Positions 18,360 through 30,290 of a stretch of 64,000 nt of DNA are shown piece after piece (within the stretch, counting starts at the first letter, position 1; the number at the start of each line of letters is the position of its first letter). Under the pieces are notes generated by a model. It was not told the origin of the DNA. It saw only the letters and a program-made list of their open reading frames with translations, and did not search any database. The translations under genes were made by a program, and so were the position numbers. Source of the stretch: an uncultured Acetobacteraceae bacterium (GTDB lineage: Bacteria > Pseudomonadota > Alphaproteobacteria > Acetobacterales > Acetobacteraceae); assembly GCA_937873205.1 (NCBI GenBank), contig CALMVO010000018.1, forward strand, positions 697 through 64,696, given 5' to 3'.

Positions 18360-20307
18360 CCGCGACGTGGGCGAAGCCGGGCCCGTCGGGTGACCAGGCC
18401 GGGGTGCCGCCGGGCAGCGCCGTCACCGGCGCGCCGTCAACCATCCAGCGATAGGGCGGGGTGCCGCCGGAGGCCTCCAACCCGATCGGCTGCATGTGCC
18501 CGTCGCCGTCGCCGCTTTCGACGACCGCGCCGGGCGCCGGCGCCAGCACACGCGGGCCGCCGTCGATCCCGAGCACCTGCAGCGCGGGCGATAGGTCGCG
18601 CGGACGGATGCGCGCGGCGTCAACGCCAAGGTCAGGTGATGCCCGACCGTCCGGGTTCAGCACGTCGAGCAGGCGGCCCAGAAGCGGGGCGGCGGTCTCG
18701 CGTCCGGTGATCCCCGGCGAGGCGGTGCCGTCCGGCCGTCCGGCCCAGGCCACCACCGTCCAGTCCGGCGTGGCGCCGGCGGCCCAGGCGTCGCGCTGGC
18801 CGTAGGAGGTGCCGGTCTTGAAGGCGACCGATCGGGCGCTCCAGTCGCCGACGCCGGGCGGCGGCGGCGTGCCGCGCAGGATCTCAGTCACCTCGCGCGC
18901 GGCGCGGGCATCCATGACTCGCATGCCGGCCGGCACGGGGCCGGGCTCGACCCGCACCGGACGGACGATGCCGCCGTCGGCCAGCGCGCCGTAGAGGCCG
19001 GCTAGGTCGAGCATGCTGATGCCGGCACCGCCGAGGATCACCGGCAGCCCGGGGGCGGCGCCGCGCGGCAGCGCCAGGCGGACGCCGCAGGCAGCGAGCA
19101 TGGCCACGAAGCGGCCGGGGCCGACGCGCCGCAGCACCTGCACGGCCGGAAGGTTGTAGGATTGCTGCAGGGCGACCCGGGCGGTCGTTCCGCCGTGGAA
19201 ATGGTGGTCGTAGTTCCGCGGCGCGTAGCTGGAGAACCCCATCCGCTCATCGCGCAGCAGGGTGTCTGGCGTGAGCTCGCCCGCCTCGAAGGCCATGCCG
19301 TAGGCGAACGGCTTCAGCGTGGAGCCCGGCGATCGGCGGGCCGTCACCATGTCGACGCCGCAGCCGGGGCAGTCACGTGACCGTCCGGTGCCGGCCGGAC
19401 CGGCGCCGCCGATCCAGATCGCCGCGGTCCGGTCGCGCCGAGCGACCAGCACCGCATATTCGCCGCGCGGGGGTGGCGGCATCGACCGGACGATGCGGAG
19501 CGCGGTGCGCTGCAGGTCGCCGTCGAGGGTGGTGCGCACGATCCCCCTGCGGCCGAACGCCCACTCGCGCCCGAGCAGCGCCGGCGCGTCGTGCGGCATC
19601 GGCGCCCGCCCGACCGGTTCCGCGTCACCGTTGGGTCCGGCGCGGCCCAGCACGCGCGCGGCGGCGAGGAGCGCCGCACCGGGATGCCGGTCGGGACGCC
19701 AAGCTTCCGGCCGCCGCGGCAGCGCCACCAGCAACGCCGCCTCGCGCGGCGCCAAGTGCAGCGGATCGTGCCCGAGATAGAGCAGCGAGGCCGCACGGAT
19801 GCCCTCGACGTTGCCGCCCTCCGGCGCCAGCGTGAGGTAGATGTCGAGGACCCCGGCGCGGCCGTAGCGGGCCTCCAGCTGCAGCGCACGCAGGATGTCG
19901 CGAGCCTTGCCGGCGAGGTCGTGCGGATGCGGCGACAGCAGCCGCGCCGCCTGCATCGCCAGCGTCGATCCGCCGGACACCACCCGCCAGCGTACCGCGA
20001 GCTGATACGCCGCCCGGACCAGCGCCAGCGGATCGACGCCCGGATGCGCCGCGAAGCGGCGGTCCTCGGTGTGCAGCAGCAGCGCGACGTAGGCCGGGTC
20101 GACGTCGGCGCGACGGGTGGATAGGCGCCAGGCGCCGTCGGCGGAGGTCCGTCCGTCGAGCGGCCGTCCCTCGTCGTCGAGCAGCACCAGCGACGTCGCC
20201 CGCAGGCGTGACAGGTCGGGCGGAAAGGCGCGATCCAGCGCGATGACGGCGAGGCAGCCCGCTGCCAGCAGCGCCACAGTTGGTGCCAGCCGGATGCGCC
20301 GCCTCAC
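18310..20307 (-). CDS. pbpC: Penicillin-binding protein 1C
   Basis: Transglycosylase EDRRF and GGSTLAMQ; transpeptidase SPGSTLKPF, SYN, KTGTS; C-terminal BiPBP-type domain; follows the macroglobulin gene. Confidence 0.93.
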   Translation of the reverse strand: MRRRIRLAPTVALLAAGCLAVIALDRAFPPDLSRLRATSLVLLDDEGRPLDGRTSADGAWRLSTRRADVDPAYVALLLHTEDRRFAAHPGVDPLALVRAAYQLAVRWRVVSGGSTLAMQAARLLSPHPHDLAGKARDILRALQLEARYGRAGVLDIYLTLAPEGGNVEGIRAASLLYLGHDPLHLAPREAALLVALPRRPEAWRPDRHPGAALLAAARVLGRAGPNGDAEPVGRAPMPHDAPALLGREWAFGRRGIVRTTLDGDLQRTALRIVRSMPPPPRGEYAVLVARRDRTAAIWIGGAGPAGTGRSRDCPGCGVDMVTARRSPGSTLKPFAYGMAFEAGELTPDTLLRDERMGFSSYAPRNYDHHFHGGTTARVALQQSYNLPAVQVLRRVGPGRFVAMLAACGVRLALPRGAAPGLPVILGGAGISMLDLAGLYGALADGGIVRPVRVEPGPVPAGMRVMDARAAREVTEILRGTPPPPGVGDWSARSVAFKTGTSYGQRDAWAAGATPDWTVVAWAGRPDGTASPGITGRETAAPLLGRLLDVLNPDGRASPDLGVDAARIRPRDLSPALQVLGIDGGPRVLAPAPGAVVESGDGDGHMQPIGLEASGGTPPYRWMVDGAPVTALPGGTPAWSPDGPGFAHVAVTDADGRAAAADVRVR

Positions 20308-23300
20308 CGGGGCGCCACCTCGGTAGTCGAGGCCGCCGTCCGCCCGGTGATGGTCGGCCGATAGCGGTCCGTCACCACCGTCTCCGGCCGGATGAACGAG
20401 CCGGGCGTCACCGCGCGGACGATGTAGGCCAGCCGGAACTCGTTCGGCCCGAGCGACCCGGCGTCACGGTCGTTCCGGACCTTCATCGGGTCGGTCGCGA
20501 AGATCGCCACATAGCGATCGTCCTGAGCCTGCGCCGACTGCGTCCCGGTCAGTTCGCCCAGGAAGTCGAAGCCTTCCTGCCCGGGCCTGATCGCGCTCTC
20601 GATCTCCCAGCCGGCCGGCAGCATGTCCACCAGCACGGTGCGGTGGACGTCGTGGCCGTCGGCCTGGCCGGACAGCAGCACGATGAAGCGGTCGTTCTGG
20701 CGCAGGTGCCGGGTGTCGAGCGGCTTGCCCGCCATCGTCCGCGCCTCGACCGCGACGGCGTAACCCGAGTCGGCCGCGGGCGGCGCCTGGCTCGGCGTCC
20801 CGGTGACCGTCGTCGTCAGCCAGAGCGGCTTGCTGCCGGTATTCGAGAGCGCGTAGCCGCGGCCGATCTCATCGGCGTTCGGCGTGAACGCGGCCGGGAG
20901 GTGGACGGGGGTCGGCACCGCCCGGCCATTCAGGGCGATGCCCACCGCCGGGTCGTCGCGGTCCAGCGAGGCGGCGGCGTCGAGCAGGCCGGCCTTCTCC
21001 TGGTCGTTCAGGTCCGGCGGATCCAGCTGCATGAGGCCGAAGCGGTCCACCAGGCTCTGCGCCAGCGCGTCGTCACGGACGTCGGCGGCGAGCGCGGTGA
21101 CGCCGGCGAGGTCGCGCACGTAGATCCAGTAGGTCCAGTCGAATGGGGGCGGCCGGCCGATCCGCGCAGGGCCCAGATCGTCGACCGCGCCGACGAAGCC
21201 GTCGCGGGCGGCGTCGGGCTGGTCGGCCAGCGCCAGGGCGGCCGCCATGTGGCCGAGCGCCAGCGGCTCTGCGAGCGTCTGCTCGGCGCCCGTGCCGCCC
21301 CACAGAAAGCGCGTGCCGGCGCCGCTCCCCTCCTGCACCACGTCGTCGTGCATGGTGCGGATCGCGGGCGTGTCCAGCCGTCCGGCCCGCGCCAGCACGA
21401 ACAGCGCGTAGGCACGGCTCTCCGGGGTGACGGCATCGTCGTCGCTGCGGCGGACGCCGCCCTGCACCTGGCTTTCCTCCAGCCAGTCCAGCGTGCGGCC
21501 GAGCGCCGGCCCGGGGACCCTGAAGCCGGCCGCCTGCGCCCGGGTCAGGAAGTCGACCAGGTAGATCTGCGTCCAGGGCAGGGTGCCGCCGTCGTTCAGG
21601 TGCCACTCGCCGATGCGGCCGCCGGCATCCTCGCGGTCGAGCAGGGTATCGACCGCATCCTGTACCCGCCCGAGCGAGCCGCCCGGGATCGGCAGCCGGC
21701 CCAGCAGCTCCGGTTGGTGGAAGTGGATCAGCGGCCACGCCTGCGACGCCAACCCCTCCGACGAGCCCCACCCGCCGGCCTCGAGCGACTGCAGCAGCCC
21801 GATGGTGTCGATGCCGGCAAAGCCCGAGTAGCCCAGCGTGAGGGTGGTGCTGCCGGCGTCATAGCCGGCGAGCAGCGCCGGGTCGGCTCGGTACGAGGCG
21901 CCCGGCGCCTGTCGCATGATCGTGGAGGTGGTCGTCGGCAGATGGGCCGGGCGGACCAGGATATCCCAGCCGCGCGTCAGCGGATGACGATGCAGGCCCG
22001 GCCCGGTCAGGGTCGCCACCAGGTGGCCGACGCCGGCGGTGGTGCCGGCGAGCTCGGCCTTGAACTGCCGGCGCTGCCCACGCTTCAGCGGGCCGTCGAA
22101 GCTCGTGGGTCCGTCCACCCGCAGGCTGCCGGTCGCGGCCAGGGTTACGGCGTAGGTGCCGTCGGCGCCATCGGTGTCGGCGATCGAGACCGCGTCGCGG
22201 GCGGTATCGCCGGGAGCCAGGAAGCGGGGCAGTGAGACGTCGGGGAACACCGGGTCGCGGATCGTCGTCCCACCGGTCGCCGAGCCGACCCCGGTCTGCG
22301 ACCAGGCGGTGGCCATCAGCCGCAGCCTGCCCTCGAAATCCGGCACCGGCAGCGCCACGGTGCCACGCCCCTGCGAGTCCAGCCGTACGTCGCCGGAGAA
22401 CAGCGAGACCACCCGCGTGCTGGTGACGGCGAGCCCGGTGGGTCCCGATCCCTCGTCGCCGCCCTCGCGGATGCGTCCGACCGCGGCGGTCCCGTCGAGC
22501 AGGCGCGCGTAAGTATCGGTGACGTCGATGCCGAGCTGGCGGCGGCCGAACAGCAGCTCGAACGGATCGGGCTGCACGTAGCCGGTAATGCCGAGGATGC
22601 CCTCGTCCACCGCGGCCAGCGTCAGGTGCACCGGCCCGGCGCCGCCGCGAACCAGCACCGGCACGCGCAGCATCCGCCGCGGCAGCGCCAGCTCCGGCGC
22701 CTGCAGCGACACGGCCAGCCGGTGCGATGACTCGTCGAGGCCGATCCAGGCCAGCCCCACCGCGCGGACCGGATCGTGCGGCCGGCCCGGCTGGCCCAGT
22801 GGACGGTAGAGGGTCACCAGCGCGTAGGCCCCGCCCTGCCATCCCGCATCCGCCATCACGGGAATGTCGGCACCGCCCACCGGAACGTGCAGCGTGCGGG
22901 TCGAAAAGACGCGGTCACCGGCGATGGTGACCTGCGCCTCGCCGGCGAAGTGGGCGGCGATGTGCAGGATGGTGCTGCCGCCGGACGGAATGGTGTGGTC
23001 GCGGACGGCGACGTCGAGCTGGTCCGGCGACTGGTCGGTCTCCTGCGGCGCCCACCAGCCGACATGCACCTCTGTCGAGGTGGCAGCCCCGGAGGCGGTA
23101 TCGGTCACCACGACCCGGTAGCGTGCCTGGTCCAGCATCGGCGCGATCGCGGCGTGCCCATCGGCGCCGGTCTCGACGGTGCCGCGGGCGACCGGCTCGT
23201 CGATCGTGGTCTCGTGGAACGACCAGCCGCCATTGCTGCCGAACCAGTCGAACACCTCGTTCTCGCGGATGACGGTCCAGGACAGGCCGTGCACCGGGAC

Positions 23301-25184
23301 CGGGTGGCCATCCGGATCGAAGGTGGCGATCTCGACCGCCGCCGCCTGGGTCTGGGCGTCGCCGCCCGCATCATGCGCCCGCAGCCCGATCAGAGGCCGG
23401 GTACGCCGCACCGGGATGGAGATCCGCTTGGTGACCGATCGCCCGCCCGGGTCCTGCATGCCGGCTTCGACGGCGATCACCATCGGCAGCGACAGCCCGG
23501 TCGGCAGGTGCGGCGACAGTGCGATGCGCGAGATGCCCGCCGCGTCCGCGTCCGGAACCTGCAGCGTCTCGACGGTGCCCGGCAGCGTCTCCGAGGCAAG
23601 GCCGAACACGTAGCCGGCGATGCCCGGGACCGGCGACGGGTCCGCCAGCACGCGCAGGCTGCCGTCGCCGTGCAGTCCGGCGGCTGGAGCGCCGTACAGG
23701 AAGCGCCCGGTGAGCGTGGCAGCGCCGCCGCCGCCGGGGAGGATGAAGGGCTGGTCAGCGGCGAGCGTCACGCCCAGCACCTGCGGCACGAAGTCCTGCA
23801 CCTCGAAGCCGGCCTCGCCGATCGGCTCGGAGGTCGGATCAGCGTAGGCGCGGAGCGTCCAGGTGCCCAGCGGCGCGCTGCGGGTCAGCGCGACGGGCAC
23901 CACGAAGCCGCCCTCGGGCCGCGCCGGAAGCGTCATCCGCCGCTCCTCGAGCCCGTCCGGCCGGTCGAGCACCAGCACCAGCGGCTGGTCGCCGATCGCG
24001 GCGCCCAGATGGTCGCGCAACAGCGCCGTCGCCTGGACCGTCTCGCCCGGCCGGTAGATGCCGCGCTCGGTGGCGACCACCGCCTGCTCCGGGCCGACGA
24101 CCGGATGGCCCTCGGCGCCGCGGTCGGAGAAGTCGAACCAGGTGCCGAGATGGATCTGGGTGAAGTCGTTCGCCGGCCCGGCGGCGACGATCGCTTCCGG
24201 CGCCTCGGCGCCCGTGCCGCGCGCCAGTCCTGGCGCGAACGCGACGGCGCCGTCCCTGTTGGTGGTGGCGGTGCCCAGCACGTCGCCGCCGCGCGCGGTC
24301 AGCACCACCCGCACGCCGGGCATCGGCAGGGCGGTGGCCAGCGAGCGGGCATAGACGTGCAGCCCGTCCGCCCCCCGGATGGTGCCGAGCCCGATGTCGC
24401 TGACATCGACCCAGTGCGCCGCGACGCCCTCGTAATCCTTGCGCGGAACAGCCGGCAGGTCGCCATTCTCGGCGGTCAACAGGTAGAGGCCGGGATGCTG
24501 GTCGTGGATGATGCCCGCAATCGGGAAGGCGGTGCTGACGGTCGTGTTACGCTCGCCACCCGCCTGCATCGTCCCCTGCCAGACCGGAACCAGCTGGTTC
24601 TGCAGGAGGGTGTTCAGTTGGTAGCCGTCGATCCGCGTGGTGGCGAGGTCCGGCACGGGATAGCCGGAGTTGGGTCCGGTCTGCTCGACGGCATGCTGCC
24701 GCGACATGCGGAACACGCGGATGCGCACCCGCGCCATGTTCACGGTCTGCACGTCGACGCCGGTCGCGGCCGTCCGCGGCAGGATATAGCCGGAGCCCGC
24801 GATCGCGACGGTAGCGGGCCGGTCGGCGAGCGATGCGGCGAGATGCAGGTCGGTTCCAAGCCGCTGGCCGCCCGCGGCGACGATGCCCGCTAAGACCGTG
24901 ATCGCGTAGCGCCTGCCGAAGCCGAGGCCGCCGAGGCAGAGGTTCCTACCCTCGATCCGGATCGACGGCTTCGCCGCCGGCACCAGCGTCACGTGCGCTG
25001 CGTAGTCCGACGCCTTGCCGTCATCCAGATTCGCATCAAAGCGGAGGCAGATCTCGGCGCTCTCGCTGCCGGTGTTGAGCAGCAGACGCTGGAACGCCAG
25101 AGGTCCCTGCCGGGCCATCGCGGCTTGGCCGAGCGTGCCGGATGCGACGAGCGTCAGGATCAGGGCGAAGAGGCGACGGATCAT
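20304..25184 (-). CDS. yfhM: Bacterial alpha-2-macroglobulin (YfhM-like) lacking the CxEQ thioester motif
   Basis: TERGIYRPGETV, FEVQDFVP, LAAVDEGIL, PDFEGRLRLMA, DMLPAGWEIE, AQDDRYV; the thioester position reads GSSEG; coupled to pbpC. Confidence 0.92.
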   Translation of the reverse strand: MIRRLFALILTLVASGTLGQAAMARQGPLAFQRLLLNTGSESAEICLRFDANLDDGKASDYAAHVTLVPAAKPSIRIEGRNLCLGGLGFGRRYAITVLAGIVAAGGQRLGTDLHLAASLADRPATVAIAGSGYILPRTAATGVDVQTVNMARVRIRVFRMSRQHAVEQTGPNSGYPVPDLATTRIDGYQLNTLLQNQLVPVWQGTMQAGGERNTTVSTAFPIAGIIHDQHPGLYLLTAENGDLPAVPRKDYEGVAAHWVDVSDIGLGTIRGADGLHVYARSLATALPMPGVRVVLTARGGDVLGTATTNRDGAVAFAPGLARGTGAEAPEAIVAAGPANDFTQIHLGTWFDFSDRGAEGHPVVGPEQAVVATERGIYRPGETVQATALLRDHLGAAIGDQPLVLVLDRPDGLEERRMTLPARPEGGFVVPVALTRSAPLGTWTLRAYADPTSEPIGEAGFEVQDFVPQVLGVTLAADQPFILPGGGGAATLTGRFLYGAPAAGLHGDGSLRVLADPSPVPGIAGYVFGLASETLPGTVETLQVPDADAAGISRIALSPHLPTGLSLPMVIAVEAGMQDPGGRSVTKRISIPVRRTRPLIGLRAHDAGGDAQTQAAAVEIATFDPDGHPVPVHGLSWTVIRENEVFDWFGSNGGWSFHETTIDEPVARGTVETGADGHAAIAPMLDQARYRVVVTDTASGAATSTEVHVGWWAPQETDQSPDQLDVAVRDHTIPSGGSTILHIAAHFAGEAQVTIAGDRVFSTRTLHVPVGGADIPVMADAGWQGGAYALVTLYRPLGQPGRPHDPVRAVGLAWIGLDESSHRLAVSLQAPELALPRRMLRVPVLVRGGAGPVHLTLAAVDEGILGITGYVQPDPFELLFGRRQLGIDVTDTYARLLDGTAAVGRIREGGDEGSGPTGLAVTSTRVVSLFSGDVRLDSQGRGTVALPVPDFEGRLRLMATAWSQTGVGSATGGTTIRDPVFPDVSLPRFLAPGDTARDAVSIADTDGADGTYAVTLAATGSLRVDGPTSFDGPLKRGQRRQFKAELAGTTAGVGHLVATLTGPGLHRHPLTRGWDILVRPAHLPTTTSTIMRQAPGASYRADPALLAGYDAGSTTLTLGYSGFAGIDTIGLLQSLEAGGWGSSEGLASQAWPLIHFHQPELLGRLPIPGGSLGRVQDAVDTLLDREDAGGRIGEWHLNDGGTLPWTQIYLVDFLTRAQAAGFRVPGPALGRTLDWLEESQVQGGVRRSDDDAVTPESRAYALFVLARAGRLDTPAIRTMHDDVVQEGSGAGTRFLWGGTGAEQTLAEPLALGHMAAALALADQPDAARDGFVGAVDDLGPARIGRPPPFDWTYWIYVRDLAGVTALAADVRDDALAQSLVDRFGLMQLDPPDLNDQEKAGLLDAAASLDRDDPAVGIALNGRAVPTPVHLPAAFTPNADEIGRGYALSNTGSKPLWLTTTVTGTPSQAPPAADSGYAVAVEARTMAGKPLDTRHLRQNDRFIVLLSGQADGHDVHRTVLVDMLPAGWEIESAIRPGQEGFDFLGELTGTQSAQAQDDRYVAIFATDPMKVRNDRDAGSLGPNEFRLAYIVRAVTPGSFIRPETVVTDRYRPTITGRTAASTTEVAPR

Positions 25185-25346
25185 GCGGAGCAGCCTGTGG
25201 TCGATGCAAAATTGGAACGATCTAGCATCGGCGGTCGGCGCGTATCGGACAAGCCAGCCGACTTGGCCACGTCTTCTCCGCATCGGCCGAACCTGATCCC
25301 GGCAGGCTAGACGTCCACGATTACCAACTTCTCAACAACAGGATGT

Positions 25347-25374
25347 AGGGCTCTGCCTTTGGCGGGGTCCAGGG
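25347..25374 (-). repeat. Partial REP-like element
   Basis: Reverse complement CCCTGGACCCCGCCAAAGGCAGAGCCCT matches the core of the copy at 29542. Confidence 0.7.
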
Positions 25375-25434
25375 ACGTCTTGCGAACCACGCCTGGCGCG
25401 ACGCTCCTCGCCCCCTCCTCTTCCGAACGGCCTG

Positions 25435-26164
25435 TCAGATCCCCGCCATGCCGCCATCGACGAACAGCTCGCCGGCCGTCGTGAAGGACGAGTCGGCCGA
25501 GGCGAGGAACAGGGCGGCCGCGGCGACCTCCTCCGGACGGCCGACGCGGGCCAGCGGGATCGTCTTCAGCATGTCGCCCACATGGCCTCCATCTGCGCGG
25601 CCGGGATGCCGATCTTGCCGAAGATCGGCGTCTCGATCGGCCCGGGGCTGATGGTGTTGACCCGGATGCCGCGCGGCGCCAGCTCGGCGGAAGGCGCGTC
25701 CGAACGAGCGGACCGTGGCCTTCGTCGCGCCATAGACGGTCTGGCCGTGGCCACCCCTGACGCCGGAGACCGATGCGGTGAGGATGATCGAGCCGCCATT
25801 TGACATTGCCTCCGCCGCAGACCGGATCGCGAAGTAGGCGCCGCGCACGTTGACGTTGAACTGCGCGTCGAAATGGTCCTCGTCCACGTCCGAGCTCGGC
25901 ATGAACCGGGCGATACCGGCGTTGACGAACAGCACGTCCAGGCGACCGTGGCTCGACTGGATGTCGTGGATCAGCGCTTTGGTCGCGGCGACGTCGGCGG
26001 CGGCGGCGACCACTTCGATGCCCCGCAGCTCATGGCGCGCCGCGTCCAGGGTCTTCAAGCTGGAACCGTTACACCACCGTCGCACCCTCCTGCCTGAACA
26101 GTCTCACGGTCGCGGCGCCGATGCCTCCGGTGATCAGCGCGACCTTGCCATCGAGTTTCGCCAT
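25435..26164 (-). pseudogene. SDR-family oxidoreductase with multiple lesions
   Basis: MAKLDGKVALITGG-IG (shortened glycine motif), TAA at codon 32 (26069-26071), then LFVNAGI, NVNVRG, YGATK. Frame changes near 25690 and 25582 around RVNTISPGPIETP. Confidence 0.85.
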
Positions 26165-26413
26165 GGCGTCCTCCTGTGCGACCGGCGAGCGACCAGCTGC
26201 TCCCGTTACGTCGAATAACCAGCTGATCATCTGCCGCTTCAACCGTGGGCGCCGTGCACGGCAGAGGGGCGCTTGCCGTCCCGGCAGATCTCGATCAGCC
26301 CGGCGGTCTCGCGTCCGTCAGCGTTGCGGAAACACTTTGCCGGACGACGGCGACGGTGCACGCTCGACGCAATCGGCGGCCCAAGCCAGCGGCCCTAAGC
26401 CGCATGGGGGAAA

Positions 26414-27214
26414 ATGATGCCGGAACCCCAGCCTGCCCGCGTGGGCACCGTCCAGCTCTACCACTTCTGGAGCTCCGTCTGCTCGGTCCGCTGCAGGTTC
26501 GCCCTGGAGGAGAAGGGCGTCCGCTGGGAGAGCCGGTATGTCGACCTGTTCGCCTTCGACCAGCTGACGCCGGACTACCTGGCGATCAACCCCGACGGCG
26601 TGGTGCCCACGCTGGTCTGCGACGGCCAGCCAATCCGTGACTCCGTCATCATCAACGAGTTCATCGACCAGGCCTTCCCCGGCGCGCCGCTGGTGCCGGC
26701 GGACCCGTTCGCCGCGGCCAGGATGCGGGAGTTCGTCCGCAGCTGCGAGCAGGCGCTGACGCCGATCGCGCTGCTGACCTACGTGAAATACATCCTCCCC
26801 AAGCTCCGCCGCCGCTGGTCCGACGAGGAGCTCATCCGGCAGGCCGACCGGCGGCCGACCCGCTTCCTGCGCGACCTGCACAGCCGCGGCATCCGCAACC
26901 AGATCGGCGAGCAGGAGCTGGCCCAGGCCGCCCTGGACCTGGAGCTGTTGCTTGACCAAATTGAGGCGATGCTGGCCGACGGCCCCTGGTTGATCGGCCC
27001 GTTCAGCCTCGCCGACATCACGGTGGCGCCCTACATGTTCCGGCTGGACGCGCTCGGCCACGGCCGCTTCTGGTCGGCGCGGCAGCGGCCACGCGTCAGC
27101 GACTGGTATCGACGGCTGTCCGACCGGCCGGCGTTCCAGGCGGCAACGGGCTGGCCGGACGAGAGCGGCGGCGGCTACCAGGAGGTCGGCCTTGCCAGCC
27201 ACGGCACCGCCTGA
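26414..27214 (+). CDS. Glutathione S-transferase family protein
   Basis: SVCSVRCRFALEEKG, INPDGVVPTL, DSVIINEFID, WLIGPFSLADI. Confidence 0.9.
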   Translation: MMPEPQPARVGTVQLYHFWSSVCSVRCRFALEEKGVRWESRYVDLFAFDQLTPDYLAINPDGVVPTLVCDGQPIRDSVIINEFIDQAFPGAPLVPADPFAAARMREFVRSCEQALTPIALLTYVKYILPKLRRRWSDEELIRQADRRPTRFLRDLHSRGIRNQIGEQELAQAALDLELLLDQIEAMLADGPWLIGPFSLADITVAPYMFRLDALGHGRFWSARQRPRVSDWYRRLSDRPAFQAATGWPDESGGGYQEVGLASHGTA

Positions 27215-27221
27215 TCCCACC

Positions 27222-29533
<2,312 letters not shown>

Positions 29534-29541
29534 AACAGGGT

Positions 29542-29596
29542 AGGCCAGGGGCTCTGCCCCTGGACCCCGCCAAAGGCTTGCCTTTGGAAACCGTTT
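29542..29596 (+). repeat. Full REP-like double-hairpin element downstream of katG
   Basis: AGGCCAGGGGCTCTGCCCCTGGACCCCGCCAAAGGCTTGCCTTTGGAAACCGTTT; stems CCAGGGGC/GCCCCTGG and CCAAAGGC/GCCTTTGG. Confidence 0.85.
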
Positions 29597-29619
29597 CGAC
29601 GCGGGGGCCGGGGTAGACC

Positions 29620-29826
29620 ATGCGCAGCTCGTGGCCGATCGTCATCGGGGTGATTGCAATCGGCCTCAATGGGCTGGTCTTCGTCCAGGAATGGTATGCT
29701 TACCGCACGGCCTTGCCGGGCACCCACATAGGGTTCCCGATCTGGACGCTGCTCACCCTGATCGCCGCCGCCGCCTACCTGCTAGGCGCCGGCATCCTCT
29801 ACGACCGCGGCCGCCGGAACCGGTAG
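29620..29826 (+). CDS. Hypothetical two-TM small membrane protein
   Basis: 68 aa, two hydrophobic helices and a basic tail; no motif recognised. Confidence 0.55.
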   Translation: MRSSWPIVIGVIAIGLNGLVFVQEWYAYRTALPGTHIGFPIWTLLTLIAAAAYLLGAGILYDRGRRNR

Positions 29827-30290
29827 GGCTGCGTCAGCACCGCTCCGGCCGTCAGCCCGAGCGCCAGCCCGCCATAGACCACCGCCATGCCCCACCTGGA
29901 CAGCACGAGTTCCCAGCCCGGCGTGAAGCGCCTCGGCGTCGCCCCGTAATCCACCGCGGCCGCCACGACCGACAGCACCAGCGCGTCCCGCAGCATCGGC
30001 AACGGCCTGGCCGGACCCCGCCAGGCCCGCCAAATTTCGAAGAACACCGCCCAGAAGATGCTGGCTGCCTGGTTGGTCAGGAAACCGACGAGGGTATGCG
30101 TGCCGTCGAGGCCTTCGTAGTTCCCTGCGGCATCCCCGTTCAGCCAATGGCTGGTCGCGTTGATCGGCCGAATCCCCGCCTTGCCCTCCACTCTCGCCGC
30201 TGCGGCCAGCGCCGCGGCGGACCCGAGACCGGCGCAGCTCCCCGAGACGACGGCGGCGCACAATATCCTGGTCCAACTGGTCATCGCCAC
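29799..30290 (-). CDS. Conserved-looking hypothetical membrane protein
   Basis: PINATSHWLNGD, DYGATPRRFTPGWE, about four TM segments; start abuts the clpB stop (GTG 30290 or ATG 30284). Confidence 0.7.
   Translation of the reverse strand: MAMTSWTRILCAAVVSGSCAGLGSAAALAAAARVEGKAGIRPINATSHWLNGDAAGNYEGLDGTHTLVGFLTNQAASIFWAVFFEIWRAWRGPARPLPMLRDALVLSVVAAAVDYGATPRRFTPGWELVLSRWGMAVVYGGLALGLTAGAVLTQPYRFRRPRS

Noticed and set aside
25289-25298. GAACCTGATC, a TPP-riboswitch-like fragment
   Set aside because: Lacks the upstream CTGAGA element and lies on the strand opposite both neighbouring genes.
26165-26413. Possible regulator remnant between the SDR pseudogene and GST
   Set aside because: No HTH or other motif recognisable in any frame.
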